A DNA stretch of 64,000 nt from assembly GCA_964016885.1 (NCBI GenBank), contig OZ024746.1, positions 100,936,001 to 101,000,000 on the forward strand, in the 5' to 3' direction. The DNA comes from Eledone cirrhosa (taxonomy: Eukaryota). The notes under the pieces are model-generated. The model was given only the letters and a program-made list of their open reading frames with translations, ran no database searches and had not been told where the DNA came from. Below, one piece after another: positions 40,827 through 54,291 of this stretch (position 1 is the stretch's first letter; each line of letters begins with the position of its first letter). The position numbers and the translations under genes are program-made.

Positions 40827-41109
40827 TAAGATAGAATGACTGGAATGTCTTTGATGATAGGTCTGCTTAATCAGGGTCCACTTGAGGTTAAACAACAATA
40901 GACACATACACTCAAGCATTTTATAGCCATTTTCCACATTAAAACATGAGTTTGTTTTGAAAGCCCTATGGGGGTCCTTTTTGTGGCTGTTTTACAGCCA
41001 GATGTCTTTCCTGGTGCCAACCTTTTAGTCAATTCTCACCTCACACAGGATTATTCCAAACTAGAAACATGTAGAATATACACTCAGACAGGCAGGGTGA
41101 AATTTATAT

Positions 41110-41934
41110 ATATACGGCAAAGCATAAACGAACTAAGGGAGAAATTAGAAATAAGAGGATCGGATGTTGTTTACTCGAGAGAAGACTACGTTGGTATGGT
41201 CACGTGATGCGCATGAAAGACGACAGCTGTATAAAAAAGTGCAGGGCGATAAAAATAGACGGTAGCCACGGAGTAGGCAGACCCAGAAAAACCTGGGACG
41301 ACTTGATAAATTCCGACCTCACACACTTACACCTCTCCAAGACAATGTCACTGGACTGAGATCTTTGGCGCTACACAGTAATACAGAAGACCCGCCTTGC
41401 CTAAGTACAAAGCGAAACCTAGTCAGTAGGCACCTCTAACAAAATACACCCCTGTACCACTACCCCCACCCCATCCAACACCACCCCCTTAAATGCGAAG
41501 TTATGTTGGTACCACAACATCCAGTCCAAAACAAATGAGGTTGTGTAGGTGTCACGACAAAAAAACACACAGTCCACGCTGTAATGTGGTCGTGTAGGTA
41601 ACACGGTAAAAACCTCCCAGTACACACTGTAAACGTGTGATTGGTGTTACGAAGGGCATCCAGATGTAGAATACCCGCCAGACGTGTAGGTGTCACGACA
41701 AAAAAACACAGTCCACGCTGTAATGTGGCCGTGTAGGTAACATGGTAAAAACCTCCCAGTCCACACTGTAAACGTGGTTGGTGTTAGGAAGGGCATCCAG
41801 CCGTAGAAAACCCACCAGACAGTCCTGAGCAAGACAACCAATCTTGCCTCAAGTGGGACAATTCCCATCCAGACCCATGCTAGCATGGAAAATGGACGTT
41901 AAACGATGATGATGATGATGATGATGATGATGAT
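41110..41934 (+). mobile_element. 5'-truncated RTE LINE with an internally duplicated 3'UTR block
   Basis: Same subfamily as 35778-36480 (inverted); block 41543-41683 is repeated at 41684-41820; (GAT)n tail. Confidence 0.9.
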
Positions 41935-42279
41935 ATGTAATAAATGATAGGTTTTAAAAAACCAGTACGAGAAATATATAAAGGGCAAATGATGACAAAT
42001 AAAACAGTAATGTTGTTACCCAGTATATTTGAACATAATATTTCAGGGTAAATCTCCCTTGTCAAATGTGAAACAGAAACAGTTCAAAACAAAAATAAAT
42101 GATCAATGTGTTCTTCCTTATCTGGTCTATGTGTCTGAAGTATGTATGTGAGGAGTCATTATAGTAACCAATCTGCATTTCTAATCTCTTATTTATTTTT
42201 GTTTGGTGGTAATGGCCTCTTTGATTCATAAATTTCCCACCTTCCTTTCCCTCGCCTCTATGGTCACCTCAATGTCAAG

Positions 42280-42420
42280 ATGTTTTTTTAACAGCTCTCG
42301 TCGTCATGTGCTCCTTGATCCCTATGTGCAGCATCCCGACAATACTTCTAATGTATGATGAGTTACATTTTTTACATGCAACATTGTAGACTACATACAC
42401 TCTCATGTACACTTCTGTGT
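42280..42420 (-). mobile_element. Degenerate Penelope-like GIY-YIG endonuclease fragment
   Basis: Minus strand reads VVYNVACKKCNSSYI followed, with a frameshift, by RIKEH. Confidence 0.55.
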
Positions 42421-42664
42421 TGTTGATAGGACAATTAGGAAGTGTTTATATATCGCTGTATGTTGGTGTCTTTGGAGCAGTCTCCTCAATGAGAGTCCCA
42501 AGTGCACCTAAACGCCCTCCCTACAGATAGCTTGTCTGATTGTAGCTGTAGTCTTCTTATTTGAATGGGGCAGCTTTAGGTAGTATATGTTACCTCTAGG
42601 GGCTCTTGTTATTTTAAGTGTTGCTTCCTTGGCCTTTCAGTGTTTGGTGAGAAAAGTAGGGTAG

Positions 42665-45600
42665 ATCTTGCCACAATTGTAATATGACTGAGTCAAAATT
42701 TATAGTTACCAGTTTCTTATGTGCCACAATATGATGATCCCTCTCAGTATTCCTTAGCAATATAACCATGTTTGTTAGACTTATACCAACAGTTACACTC
42801 CCTTAGCAATATAACCATGTTTGTTAGACTTATACAAACAGTTACACTCCCTTAGCAATATAACCATGTTTGTTAGACTTATACCAACAGTTACACTCTC
42901 TTAGCAATATAACCATGTTTGTTAGACTTATACCAACAGTTACACTCCCTTAGCAATATAACCATGTTTGTTAGACTTATACCAACAGTTACACTCCCTT
43001 AGCAATATAACCATGTTTGTTAGACTTATACCAACAGTTACACTCTCTTAGCAATATAACCATGTTTGTTAGACTTATACCAACAGTTACACTCTCTTAG
43101 CAATATAACCATGTTTGTTAGACTTATACCAACAGTTACACTCCCTTAGCAATATAACCATGTTTGTTAGACTTATATCAACAGTTACACTCCCTTAGCA
43201 ATATAACCACATTTGTTAGACTTATATCAACAGTTACACTCCCTTAGCAATATAACCATGTTTGTTAGACTTATACCAACAGTTACACTCCCTTAGCAAT
43301 ATAACCATGTTTGTTAGACTTATACCAACAGTTACACTCTCTTAGCAATATAACCATGTTTGTTAGACTTATACCAACAGTTACACTCCCTTAGCAATAT
43401 AACCATGTTTGTTAGACTTATACAAACAGTTACACTCCCTTAGCAATATAACCATGTTTGTTAGACTTATACCAACAGTTACACTCCCTTAGCAATATAA
43501 CCATGTTTGTTAGACTTATACCAACAGTTACACTCTCTTAGCAATATAACCATGTTTGTTAGACTTATACCAACAGTTACACTCTCTTAGCAATATAACC
43601 ATGTTTGTTAGACTTATACCAACAGTTACACTCTCTTAGCAATATAACCATGTTTGTTAGACTTATATCAACAGTTACACTCCCTTAGCAATATAACCAC
43701 ATTTGTTAGACTTATATCAACAGTTACACTCCCTTAGCAATATAACCATGTTTGTTAGACTTATACCAACAGTTACACTCCCTTAGCAATATAACCACAT
43801 TTGTTAGACTTATATCAACAGTTACACTCCCTTAGCAATATAACCATGTTTGTTAGACTTATACCAACAGTTACACTCCCTTAGCAATATAACCATGTTT
43901 GTTAGACTTATACCAACAGTTACACTCTCTTAGCAATATAACCATGTTTGTTAGACTTATACCAACAGTTACACTCTCTTAGCAATATAACCATGTTTGT
44001 TAGACTTATACCAACAGCTACACTCTCTTAGCAATATAACCATGTTTGTTAGACTTATACCAACAGTTACACTCTCTTAGCAATATAACCATGTTTGTTA
44101 GACTTATACCAACAGTTACACTCTCTTAGCAATATAACCATGTTTGTTAGACTTATACCAACAGTTACACTCCCTTAGCAATATAACCATGTTTGTTAGA
44201 CTTATATCAACAGTTACACTCCCTTAGCAATATAACCACATTTGTTAGACTTATATCAACAGTTACACTCCCTTAGCAATATAACCATGTTTGTTAGACT
44301 TATACCAACAGTTACACTCCCTTAGCAATATTACCATGTTTGTTAGACTTATACCAACAGTTACACTCCCTTAGCAATATAACCATGTTTGTTAGACTTA
44401 TACCAACAGTTACACTCTCTTAGCAATATAACCATGTTTGTTAGACTTATACCAACAGTTACACTCTCTTAGCAATATAACCATGTTTGTTAGACTTATA
44501 CCAACAGTTACACTCTCTTAGCAATATAACCATGTTTGTTAGACTTATACCAACAGTTACACTCCCTTAGCAATATAACCATGTTTGTTAGACTTATATC
44601 AACAGTTACACTCCCTTAGCAATATAACCACATTTGTTAGACTTATATCAACAGTTACACTCCCTTAGCAATATAACCATGTTTGTTAGACTTATACCAA
44701 CAGTTACACTCCCTTAGCAATATAACCATGTTTGTTAGACTTATAGCAACAGTTACACTCCCTTAGCAATATAACCACATTTGTTAGACTTATACAAACA
44801 GTTACACTCCCTTAGCAATATAACCATGTTTGTTAGACTTATACCAACAGTTACACTCCCTTAGCAATATAACCACATTTGTTAGACTTATACCAACAGT
44901 TACACTCCCTTCGCAATATAACCACATTTGTTAGACTTATACAAACAGTTACACTCCCTTAGCAATATAACCACATTTGTTAGACTTATACCAACAGTTA
45001 CACTCCCTTAGCAATATAACCATGTTTGTTAGACTTATACCAACAGTTACACTCCCTTAGCAATATAACCACATTTGTTAGACTTATACCAACAGTTACA
45101 CTCCCTTAGCAATATAACCATGTTTGTTAGACTTATACCAACAGTTACACTCCCTTAGCAATATAACCACGTTTGTTAGACTTATAGCAACAGTTACACT
45201 CCCTTAGCAATATAACCACATTTGTTAGACTTATACCAACAGTTACACTCTCTTAGCAATATAACCATGTTTGTTAGACTTAAACCAACAGTTACACTCT
45301 CTTGGCAATATAACCATGTTTGTTAGACTTATACCAACAGTTACATTCCCTTAGCAATATAACCATGTTTGTTAGACTTATACCAACAGTTACACTCCCT
45401 TAGCAATATAACCATGTTTGTTAGACTTATACCAACAGTTACACTCCCTTAGCAATATAACCACGTTTGTTTGGCTTATATCAACAGTTACACTGCCTTA
45501 GCAATATAACCACGTTTGTTTGGCTTATATCAACAGTTACACTCCCTTAGCAATATAACCATGTTTGTTAGACTTATACCAACAGTTACACTCTCTTAGC

Positions 45601-47060
45601 AATATAACCACGTTTGTTAGACTTATAGCAACAGTTACACTCTCTTAGCAATATAACCACGTTTGTTAAGCTTATAGCAACAGTTACACTCTCTTAGCAA
45701 TATAACCACGTTTGTTAAACTTATACCAACAGTTACACTCTCTTAGCAATATAACCATGTTTGTTAGACTTATACCAACAGTTACACTCCCTTAGCAATA
45801 TAACCATGTTTGTTAGACTTATACCAACAGTTACACTCCCTTAGCAATATAACCATGTTTGTTAGACTTATACCAACAGTTACACTCCCTTAGCAATATA
45901 ACCATATTTGTTAGACTTATACCAACAGTTACACTCTCTTAGCAATATAACCACGTTTGTTAGACTTATAGCAACAGTTACACTCTCTTAGCAATATAAC
46001 CACGTTTGTTAAGCTTATAGCAACAGTTACACTCTCTTAGCAATATAACCACGTTTGTTAAACTTATAGCAACAGTTACACTCTCTTAGCAATATAACCA
46101 TGTTTGTTAGACTTATACCAACAGTTACACTCTCTTAGCAATATAACCATGTTTGTTAGACTTATACCAACAGTTACACTCTCTTAGCAATATAACCATG
46201 TTTGTTAGACTTATACCAACAGTTACACTCCCTTAGCAATATAACCATGTTTGTTAGACTTATACCAACAGTTACACTCCCTTAGCAATATAACCACATT
46301 TGTTAGACTTATACCAACAGTTACACTCTCTTAGCAATATAACCACGTTTGTTAGACTTATAGCAACAGTTACACTCTCTTAGCAATATAACCACGTTTG
46401 TTAAGCTTATAGCAACAGTTACACTCTCTTAGCAATATAACCACGTTTGTTAAACTTATAGCAACAGTTACACTCTCTTAGCAATATAACCATGTTTGTT
46501 AGACTTATACCAACAGTTACACTCTCTTAGCAATATAACCATGTTTGTTAGACTTATACCAACAGTTACACTCTCTTAGCAATATAACCATGTTTGTTAG
46601 ACTTATACCAACAGTTACACTCCCTTAGCAATATAACCATGTTTGTTAGACTTATACCAACAGTTACACTCCCTTAGCAATATAACCACATTTGTTAGAC
46701 TTATACCAACAGTTACACTCCCTTAGCAATATAACCATGTTTGTTAGGCTTATACCAACAGTTACACTCCCTTAGCAATATAACCACGTTTGTTTGGCTT
46801 ATATCAACAGTTACACTCCCTTAGCAATATAACCAAAGTGGTTGCACTTCTAATAGAAAAGTATTACAGAAAGTTGTATTATTTCAAGAGCAACTTGCAA
46901 AGTGAATATACTTTGCTGTTCCAAGTTGACTTATAAACAAGATCCGCTCTCATTGCATTATCTTCCAGCATTACTTTGGCCTTTTATATCAGAGATGATG
47001 TGGCATCATTCACATGCAAAGTGTGCTGTTTTGTTGCATTTATAACACTTATTGTAATTC
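42665..47060 (-). pseudogene. Decayed multi-CCHC zinc-knuckle (CNBP-like) sequence split by the 49-bp array
   Basis: Minus strand KCYKCNKTAHFACE* at 47050-47006; KCNHFGYIAK running into the array at about 46849-46820; YYNCGK at about 42685-42668. Many stops and frameshifts. Confidence 0.55.
42752..46834. repeat. Minisatellite, 49-bp unit CCTTAGCAATATAACCATGTTTGTTAGACTTATACCAACAGTTACACTC, about 83 copies
   Basis: Direct periodicity of 49 bp. Confidence 0.98.
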
Positions 47061-47743
47061 AATATATTTGACTAAACTGCGTAACCCACCACTTCTGCTT
47101 CTTTGTGTGTGTTTTAAATAGTTATAATGCCTCTTACTACAATGTAATTGTTTTGGTTTAAATCATCATTTTAGATCAAGCTATTTGCCAAACAAATACA
47201 ACTAGAAAATGTCTATAATATAGTGTTTCCCCCTCCATCATTATCAACCTCATTCGTTTCAATCTCTTTATATTTACTTAAGACACTTCGCTGATTTTTT
47301 AGGAATATGTTAAGAGCTAAGAACTGGGAATAATGAATAAAAAGTTAAACTGATGTTCATTTCTATCTCATGTTATAGTATTATAGTATGTAGTTTTTAA
47401 TGTATATTTACAGTAATGTAGGTTGCAACAATTTCTTTATACAAAATGTGTAATTCTTTGCAAAACTAGAAAATATTTACATTTTTTTACATTTCTGTGA
47501 CAGGTAATCACTGATGTCAATCACTGTTCACCATAAAAAAAATGAACTCCATCTTACAGTAATGATAAAATTTAAGTTGTGAGTAAGACATGGTCACCTG
47601 ATCCAACTTACCTCAAATGGGATGACCCATGCTAGTGTGGAAAATGGATGTTAAGTGATGATGATGATAATGAGATTAAAACTGACAATGACAAGATTGG
47701 AGTTGAGATTGATAACAAATTTTCATTATTTATGTTATAATCA

Positions 47744-47925
47744 GGATTGGCAGTATCGGTAGAGGGTCGGACGCCATGCTTAGCAGCATAGAGTTACAGC
47801 CCTTTAGGATCTAAGTTCAAATCCCGCCGAGGTTAACTTTGCCTTTCATCCTTTCGGGGTCTATAACATAAAGTACCAGTAATGCACTGGGTAATTGCTG
47901 GCCTTGTGCCAAAAATAGAAATCAT
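47744..47925 (+). mobile_element. Family A SINE
   Basis: GGATTGGCAGTATCGG head and conserved body; flanks TCATTATTTATGTTATAATCA and TCATCATTTATGTATAATCA resemble a TSD. Confidence 0.9.
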
Positions 47926-48022
47926 CATTTATGTATAATCATTTTATATTTAAATGTTATAAAAACCTGCTGAGGAACTAATGCAATCTTAGATTTCGCA
48001 TGAAGTTTTCTTTCAAAGTATA

Positions 48023-48373
48023 AAACTGTTTATCATATAATAGAAACTAACAACTATATTTAACAAACTGTTTATTATATAATAGAAACTAAGAACTATA
48101 TTTAACAAACTGTTTATCATATAATAGAAACTAAGAACTATATTTAACAAACTGTTTATCATATAATAGAAACTAACAACTATATTTAACAAACTGTTTA
48201 TCATATAATAGAAACTAACAACTATATTTAACAAACTGTTTATCATATAATAGAAACTAAGAACTATATTTAACAAACTGTTTATCATATAATAGAAACT
48301 AACAACTATATTTAACAAACTGTTTATCATATAATAGAAACTAACAATTATATTTAACAAACTATTTATCATA
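48023..48373. repeat. AT-rich minisatellite, 42-bp unit AAACTGTTTATCATATAATAGAAACTAACAACTATATTTAAC, about 8 copies
   Basis: Direct periodicity; accounts for ORF 48013-48441. Confidence 0.97.
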
Positions 48374-48827
48374 AGTATATTTGAGCCAAAGTACATACAT
48401 TGTATCATGCCTATTTCCTTTATCGTATTAAGAGTGTACATGGTGTTTCTTGTTAAACTTATCTCAGTTCAACAACAATGTAAATAGGTTGGAGTTTATA
48501 TTTAAAAAAAAGTTTTAATATTTTGTTACCCTATTTCTAACGAAATACACTGCCTATGTACAATTAATTAATTTTGAAAATTTGAAGAATTTAATGAGAT
48601 ACCTAACATTTCCATTAGTAAGCTAATATTAGAAAGATCATTTGACAAAAATTTCTGAAATAAAATTATGACAAGATTAAATATAAATATGAAACGGGTT
48701 AAAATGAGCAATAATGTATGATAAAAAAGCAGAGTAGTTTCATGTGGGTTGCTATGAAAACGGTTAAAAGTGTGAATATTGCTAAAAATATATATTCTCC
48801 TGTAAGAAATAATTTGTGATCTGACAA

Positions 48828-48861
<34 letters not shown>

Positions 48862-48868
48862 CTCCTAG

Positions 48869-49024
48869 GTACGCTTTTGGAAAATGGATTTTTCATTGCA
48901 ATGAATTCCAATCAGCATCCTGTTTTCTGAAACCACAAACCAAAGATGATTTAAAACTGTTTACACTGTCTGTAGCAGTTAATTTTGTCCCTGTTCCAGC
49001 AACAAAGCCATTAAATCTAATAAA
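48869..49024 (+). CDS. TCTN2: Tectonic gene exon (YAFGKWIFHC...LFTLSVAVNFVPVPA...)
   Basis: Long poly-T plus CCTAG acceptor, GTAAGA donor, phase 2 to phase 2; W.F.C....C and F.LS..V.FV.VP motifs. Confidence 0.93.
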
Positions 49025-49074
49025 GTAAGACAGTAATACTTAATATTAAGAAATGTCTTAGGTAGTCAGATTAC

Positions 49075-49206
49075 CAGTGGTTTCTTGAAAGCAAACAAAT
49101 TTGCTTTCAGTCATCAGAATGAAAGAATCCTGGTGTATTTATTGACAGTGGATTTTTTTCATTCTGATGACTGAAAGCAAATTTGTTTGCTTTCAAGAAA
49201 CCACTG
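49075..49206. repeat. Long inverted repeat (about 56-bp arms, 19-nt loop), possible TA-flanked MITE
   Basis: 49075-49124 is the exact reverse complement of 49157-49206. Confidence 0.92.
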
Positions 49207-49402
49207 ATAAATGAAATAATTATCTTATGTTGTTTATTACATAACTAATAAGCTCTGTAACCTACATAGAGCACTCTTTTTTCCTGGACTTTTCCGACAG
49301 AATTACTTCATTCATACATATATATATATATATGTCCATATTTATATACACATATATATGTCCATATTATATATATATATACACATATTTTTTTTTTTTT
49401 TT

Positions 49403-49616
49403 GGAACGATCAACTTTCGTCAAATCGGACCGAGGAAACGATGTTTCCGTTGGTCTTTCCAATTGCTAATACTATCTATCGGTCGCAACTCCAGGTAGAA
49501 GGAGCAACGTGAAATAAAGTGTCTTGCTCAAGGACATAACACATCGCCTGGTCCAGGAATCGAACTCACAACCTTACGATTGCGAATCCAATTCTCTAAC
49601 CACTCAGCCACACGCC
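49403..49616 (-). mobile_element. Family B SINE with poly-A tail
   Basis: Reverse complement of 38487-38700; T-run at 49388-49402. Confidence 0.9.
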
Positions 49617-49631
49617 TTCACATATATGTCC

Positions 49632-49688
<57 letters not shown>

Positions 49689-49716
49689 CCATATTTATAT
49701 ATATATATATGTCCAT

Positions 49717-52700
49717 ATCATCATCATCATCATCACCATTTTACGTCCGTTCTTCCATGCTAGCATGGGTTAGACGGGTTGTGCTGTTGTGGGCAGTGTC
49801 CAGTCGGCTGACCATGTCTTGCTCATACAAGAACTGATTCTGGCTTGATTTCTACAGCTGGATGCCCTTCCTAACACCAACCTCATTTACAGTGAGTGGT
49901 GGGTGCTTTTTTTTCCGTGGCGCCTACACGTCCATTTTACGGTGTGGGCTGGGTGCTTTTTTGCTGTGGCACCTCCACAACCACTTTGCATTGGGAGGGT
50001 GTGGGGGCATATTGTCTATATGCTTCAGCTTTGGCTTGTACCTGTGGGGGGTTGGGTCTTCTGTATTGCTGCATGACGCCAGAGGTCACGGTCGTGTGTC
50101 ATTCCTCTTGAGAGGTGCAATTGGGTAAGGTCAGCCTTTATCACCTCATCCCAGGTCTTCTTGGGTCTCCCCACTCCGCGGTTTCCATCGACTTCTAGTG
50201 CTCTGCACCTTTTTATGCAGCTGTCATTCTTCATACGCATCACATGTCCATACCAACGTAACCTCCTCTCCTGCACACAGCATTTGATTCCTTTTATGCT
50301 CAGTCTCTCTCTCAATTCATTTATGCTTTGCCGTTCGTGTATATTACTATTACACATCCACCGGAGCATGCAGGCTTCGTTTCTTACTAATCTATGCAAA
50401 TCTTCCACAGACAGCGCCCTGGTCTCACTACCATGTAACATTGCTGTTCGTATACACACATCATACAGTCTGCCTTTCATTTTGAGGGAAAAGCCTTTTA
50501 CAGCTAGCAGTGGCAGTTGCTCCCTGAACTTCTTCCATCCCATTCTTACCCTACTTATTGTACTTTCCAAACACCCACCTCCACTGCTAATTCGGTCACC
50601 TAGGTAGCAGAAGCTGTCTACTGTTTCTACAGCGCCCTCCAAGAGTTTGGTGGTACTTGTTTCCTGTGGCTGTTTGCTGCTTGTTGTCCCAGCACAGCTG
50701 CTAAATGTGAAGCCTACATTCTTAATTAAGCTTCCTGAGATCCCGCTACATCTCTTGTATACCCATTGTTTGCATTTGGGGCAGAGAATGGAGTCCCTAC
50801 CTACACCTTTCCTACATACTGAGCAAGGCCATTTCCCTGAGGGGATCTGGGTTCTGTTTTCTCGTCTACTTATAAGGACCTTAGTCTTTGTCAGGTTGAC
50901 TTTGAGACCCTTTCTTTCTAATCCCTGTTTCCAAGTTTGGAATTTCTTCTCTAGTTCTACCATAGATTCAGTTATATAAGTGCGAGGTCATCTGCATACA
51001 GGAGTTCCCATGGACATCCGGTCTTAAACTCCTCCGTTATTGCCTGCAGGACTATGATGAACAGGAGAGGAATAAGAACAGCCCTGGTGGACACCGACCT
51101 GTATGTTAAATTCCTCGCTATAGTCATTGCTAATCCTAACTTTGCTGATTGCTCCCCTATACATGGCTTGTACAGATTTCACAAGCCATTCCTCTACTCC
51201 TAGTTTTCTAAGAGCCCACCAGATTATAGCACAGGGAACTCTGTCAAAGGCTTTCTTGAGATCGATGAATGCCAGGTAGTGTGGCTTACTTTTAGCTAGG
51301 TACTTTTCCTGTAACTGCCTCACAAGAGGGAATCAGTGGTGCCTCTTCCTGGTACAAACCCAAATTGCATCTCATCTAGTTTCACCCGGTCCCTAATCAA
51401 CTGTGCTATAACTCTTTCTGTTACTTTCATGACCTGGTCCGTCAGCTTTATACCTCTATAGTTTCCTCTATCTAGTGCATCACCTTTACTTTTGTAGCAG
51501 TTGACAATGATGCTACTGCACCAATCCTTTGGTATGACACCTAGTATTACCTGGTTAACAATACGTGTGGTTATGGTGTGACCTACCAACCCAGATACCT
51601 TCAGCATCTCGGCAGCTATACCTGATGGACCGGTTGCCTTCCTCGTCTTCATATCTTTCATTGCCTTACTTACTACGCTGCTGCTGACTTGTACTGCTGG
51701 CCTCTCTATAGGGTCTACTTGGGGTAGGGTCTCTTCTTCCCATGCATTCTCCTCATTTAGTAATCTATCATAATGACTCTTCCATGCATCTTTCTTCTCA
51801 GCACTTGTGAGGGCAAGCTCACCTTTATTATTCCGGATACACTTCTCTCCAATGACATCACAATTCTCTCTGACACACTGCCTCGCAATCTTGAACACCT
51901 CCTGTTTCTGGTCCTCACATTGCCAAACATGCTTCAATTTTCTATCCTCTGCTTCCCTTCTAGCTAAGTATACATGTCGCCTAGCTTCCCTCCTAGTCTC
52001 TATGTAACGTACCCTGCTACCCCCGTTCTTCCATTCTTTCCATGCCTATCTATTAGCCCTAACTGCCTCATCTACCTTATTGTTCCACCACCAAGTCACT
52101 CTCCTCCTTCCTGTGGTCTTGCTCCAACTACAGATCTCATCCGTCGCCTTTAGTAAGTTATTTTTTAGGAACTCCCAGTGCTCTTCTACATTGAATGTCT
52201 CTATCTGTTCTTCTTTACTGTCATAGGTGTCGAGTAAGATAAATAAATATCTTTAAATCTGTTTCTGGCTGAGGGATCTTTCAGCTTCCAGATCTTTCTT
52301 CTCCAGGCTGGCTTCTGTTTCCAGGTGCGTCTAGTTCTGACCGTAAGGTCGCTGACAACTAAGCTATTGTGTTTACGACCGTCCATCTGTCACGTCCTCT
52401 GATGAGGATAAAATCTATTTGACTAGAATGCTCCCCTGATCTATAGGTGATCAGGTGGTTGTCGGGTTTTTTTAAGTTTGTGTTACATATCGACATGTCA
52501 TTGGCGTCGCAGAATTCTAGAAGCCTGAATCCTTCTTCATTTCTTGTGCCAACCCCATGGCCTCCATGGACTCTATTGAAGCCGTCACCGTGTCTGTTAA
52601 AATCTCCTACAATGATTAGGAAGTCATTGTCATTTGTTAGAGCAGTAGTGTGCATTAGGGACTCGTAAAACCTATCCTTAAGTTCGTCTGGCAACCCCGA

Positions 52701-53135
52701 TTGGGGTGCGTAAGCTGTTATTATTGTGGTAATTGTTTTATTCAGGAGTAGTCTGAGTTTAATGAATCCTGCATTCACCCTGTTCACTGAGATTACTTTA
52801 TCTCCCACTTGTCAGCTAGTAGTATACCTACACCACCCATCGTCATTTCCGACCCAGAAAAATTTGTAGCACTGACTTTTTCCTACAAGGACTCCAGCAG
52901 ACTCTCCTCTCCATCTAGTCTCTTGCACACAGCATACATCAATTTCCTTTCGCTCTAGCATCTCTACGATTTCTCCTGCTCTTCCTTTTATTGTACTTAC
53001 ATTGATGGGACCAACTCGGAGTTTTGGGCATTTGTCAACATTCGTGGGAAAGGGTCGATTTTTGCAGGGGTGTGCGTGTGCTTCCCGTCTCTGAATTGAA
53101 GCTTCACATGGGTGCTTGGTAGCTCGCGGATTCAT
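49717..53135 (-). mobile_element. Near-full-length RTE LINE (AP endonuclease plus RT), disrupted
   Basis: APE motifs (NV.T, DVCCVQETRW, AYAPQ, GDFN, SQIDFIL); RT motifs (NYRGIKL, QFGFVPGRGTTD, FIDLKKAFDRVP, GVHQG); C-terminal RRLRWYGHV; (GAT)n tail; flanked both sides by ATATATATATGTCCATAT. Split into at least 6 ORFs. Confidence 0.97.
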
Positions 53136-53386
53136 TAATATATATATATGTCCATATTTATATACACATATATATGTCCATATTTATATATATATACACA
53201 TATATATGTCCATATTTATATATATAGACATATATATATGTCCATATTTATATACATAAATATGTCCATATTTATGTATGGCCATATATTTGTGTATCTA
53301 TATGTGTATATAAATATATTTGTGTATATATCATCATTTTCATTTTACGTCTGCTTTTCCCTGCTTGCAAGGAACTAAAATGGGAC

Positions 53387-53429
<43 letters not shown>

Positions 53430-53479
53430 GAATACACTATTTTGTGCTTTCCATATTTATGTATATATGTGAATTCTTC

Positions 53480-54150
53480 TTCTTCTTCTAGCAGGTCCTT
53501 GGACCCCCAAGCGAAACCAGCATATTATCCAGTCACCTCGCTCATGGTCTGCCCCTACAGCTCCATATGCCCATAGTATTGGATCTGTGATCTCTCAATT
53601 CAGAGAAGTAGCAGCTTTACCTGGGGTGACTCTCTGATGTAATGTTACTCCAAAGACCCTTCAGAGAAAACCCATTATTTTGGCCACTTGTATTCTTTCG
53701 GTCTTTACCCAAGATTCATGACCATAGGTAATATTTGGCAGGAATACTGAATTGAAGATAGCGAGTTTGGCTTTTACGCCTACCTCCCTTCTGATTACTG
53801 AATGCTGAAGCTGGCACATTATTGCACCAGCTCCTTTAATCTTTGCACTTAATTTAGCCTCCTGCCTTCCATCACTCACGTACACAGGCTCGAGATACTT
53901 GAACTTCTTTAGCTGCTTCAGTGGAACTCCATTTACATGTAGAGTGCACTGCGCAGGCTTCCTGGAGTGGATGAGTGTCTCAGTTTTCACAGCACTGATT
54001 TTCATTCCAGCCATGCTGCAGTCAGCATCAAACCTATCAAGTGCAAGTTGGAGATCATCTTCTGTTGAGTTAAGTAGCACCATGTGGTCTGCAAATTCCA
54101 GCCAACTGATTTTACACCCGTTAGTTGCGAAACCACTTCCAATAGCGCTA
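53480..54150 (-). mobile_element. Second non-LTR family, RT C-terminal fragment
   Basis: FADHMVLL...LQLALDRF...GMKISAVKTE...FKYL; nearby (AAG)n-like tail at 53475-53489. Confidence 0.85.
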
Positions 54151-54291
54151 TAGGGAACTCTACTGACTCCATCTAGAGTACATAATCCTCTCTGAAATAT
54201 GTACTTAATATATATATATACAATATATTGTGTATTCTCTATGATATATGGTTGTTTCTCTCTCTATACATATATCTTTTGTATCTTTTCC

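Noticed and set aside
49717-53135. Active, intact LINE
   Set aside because: Multiple frameshifts and stops split the ORF.
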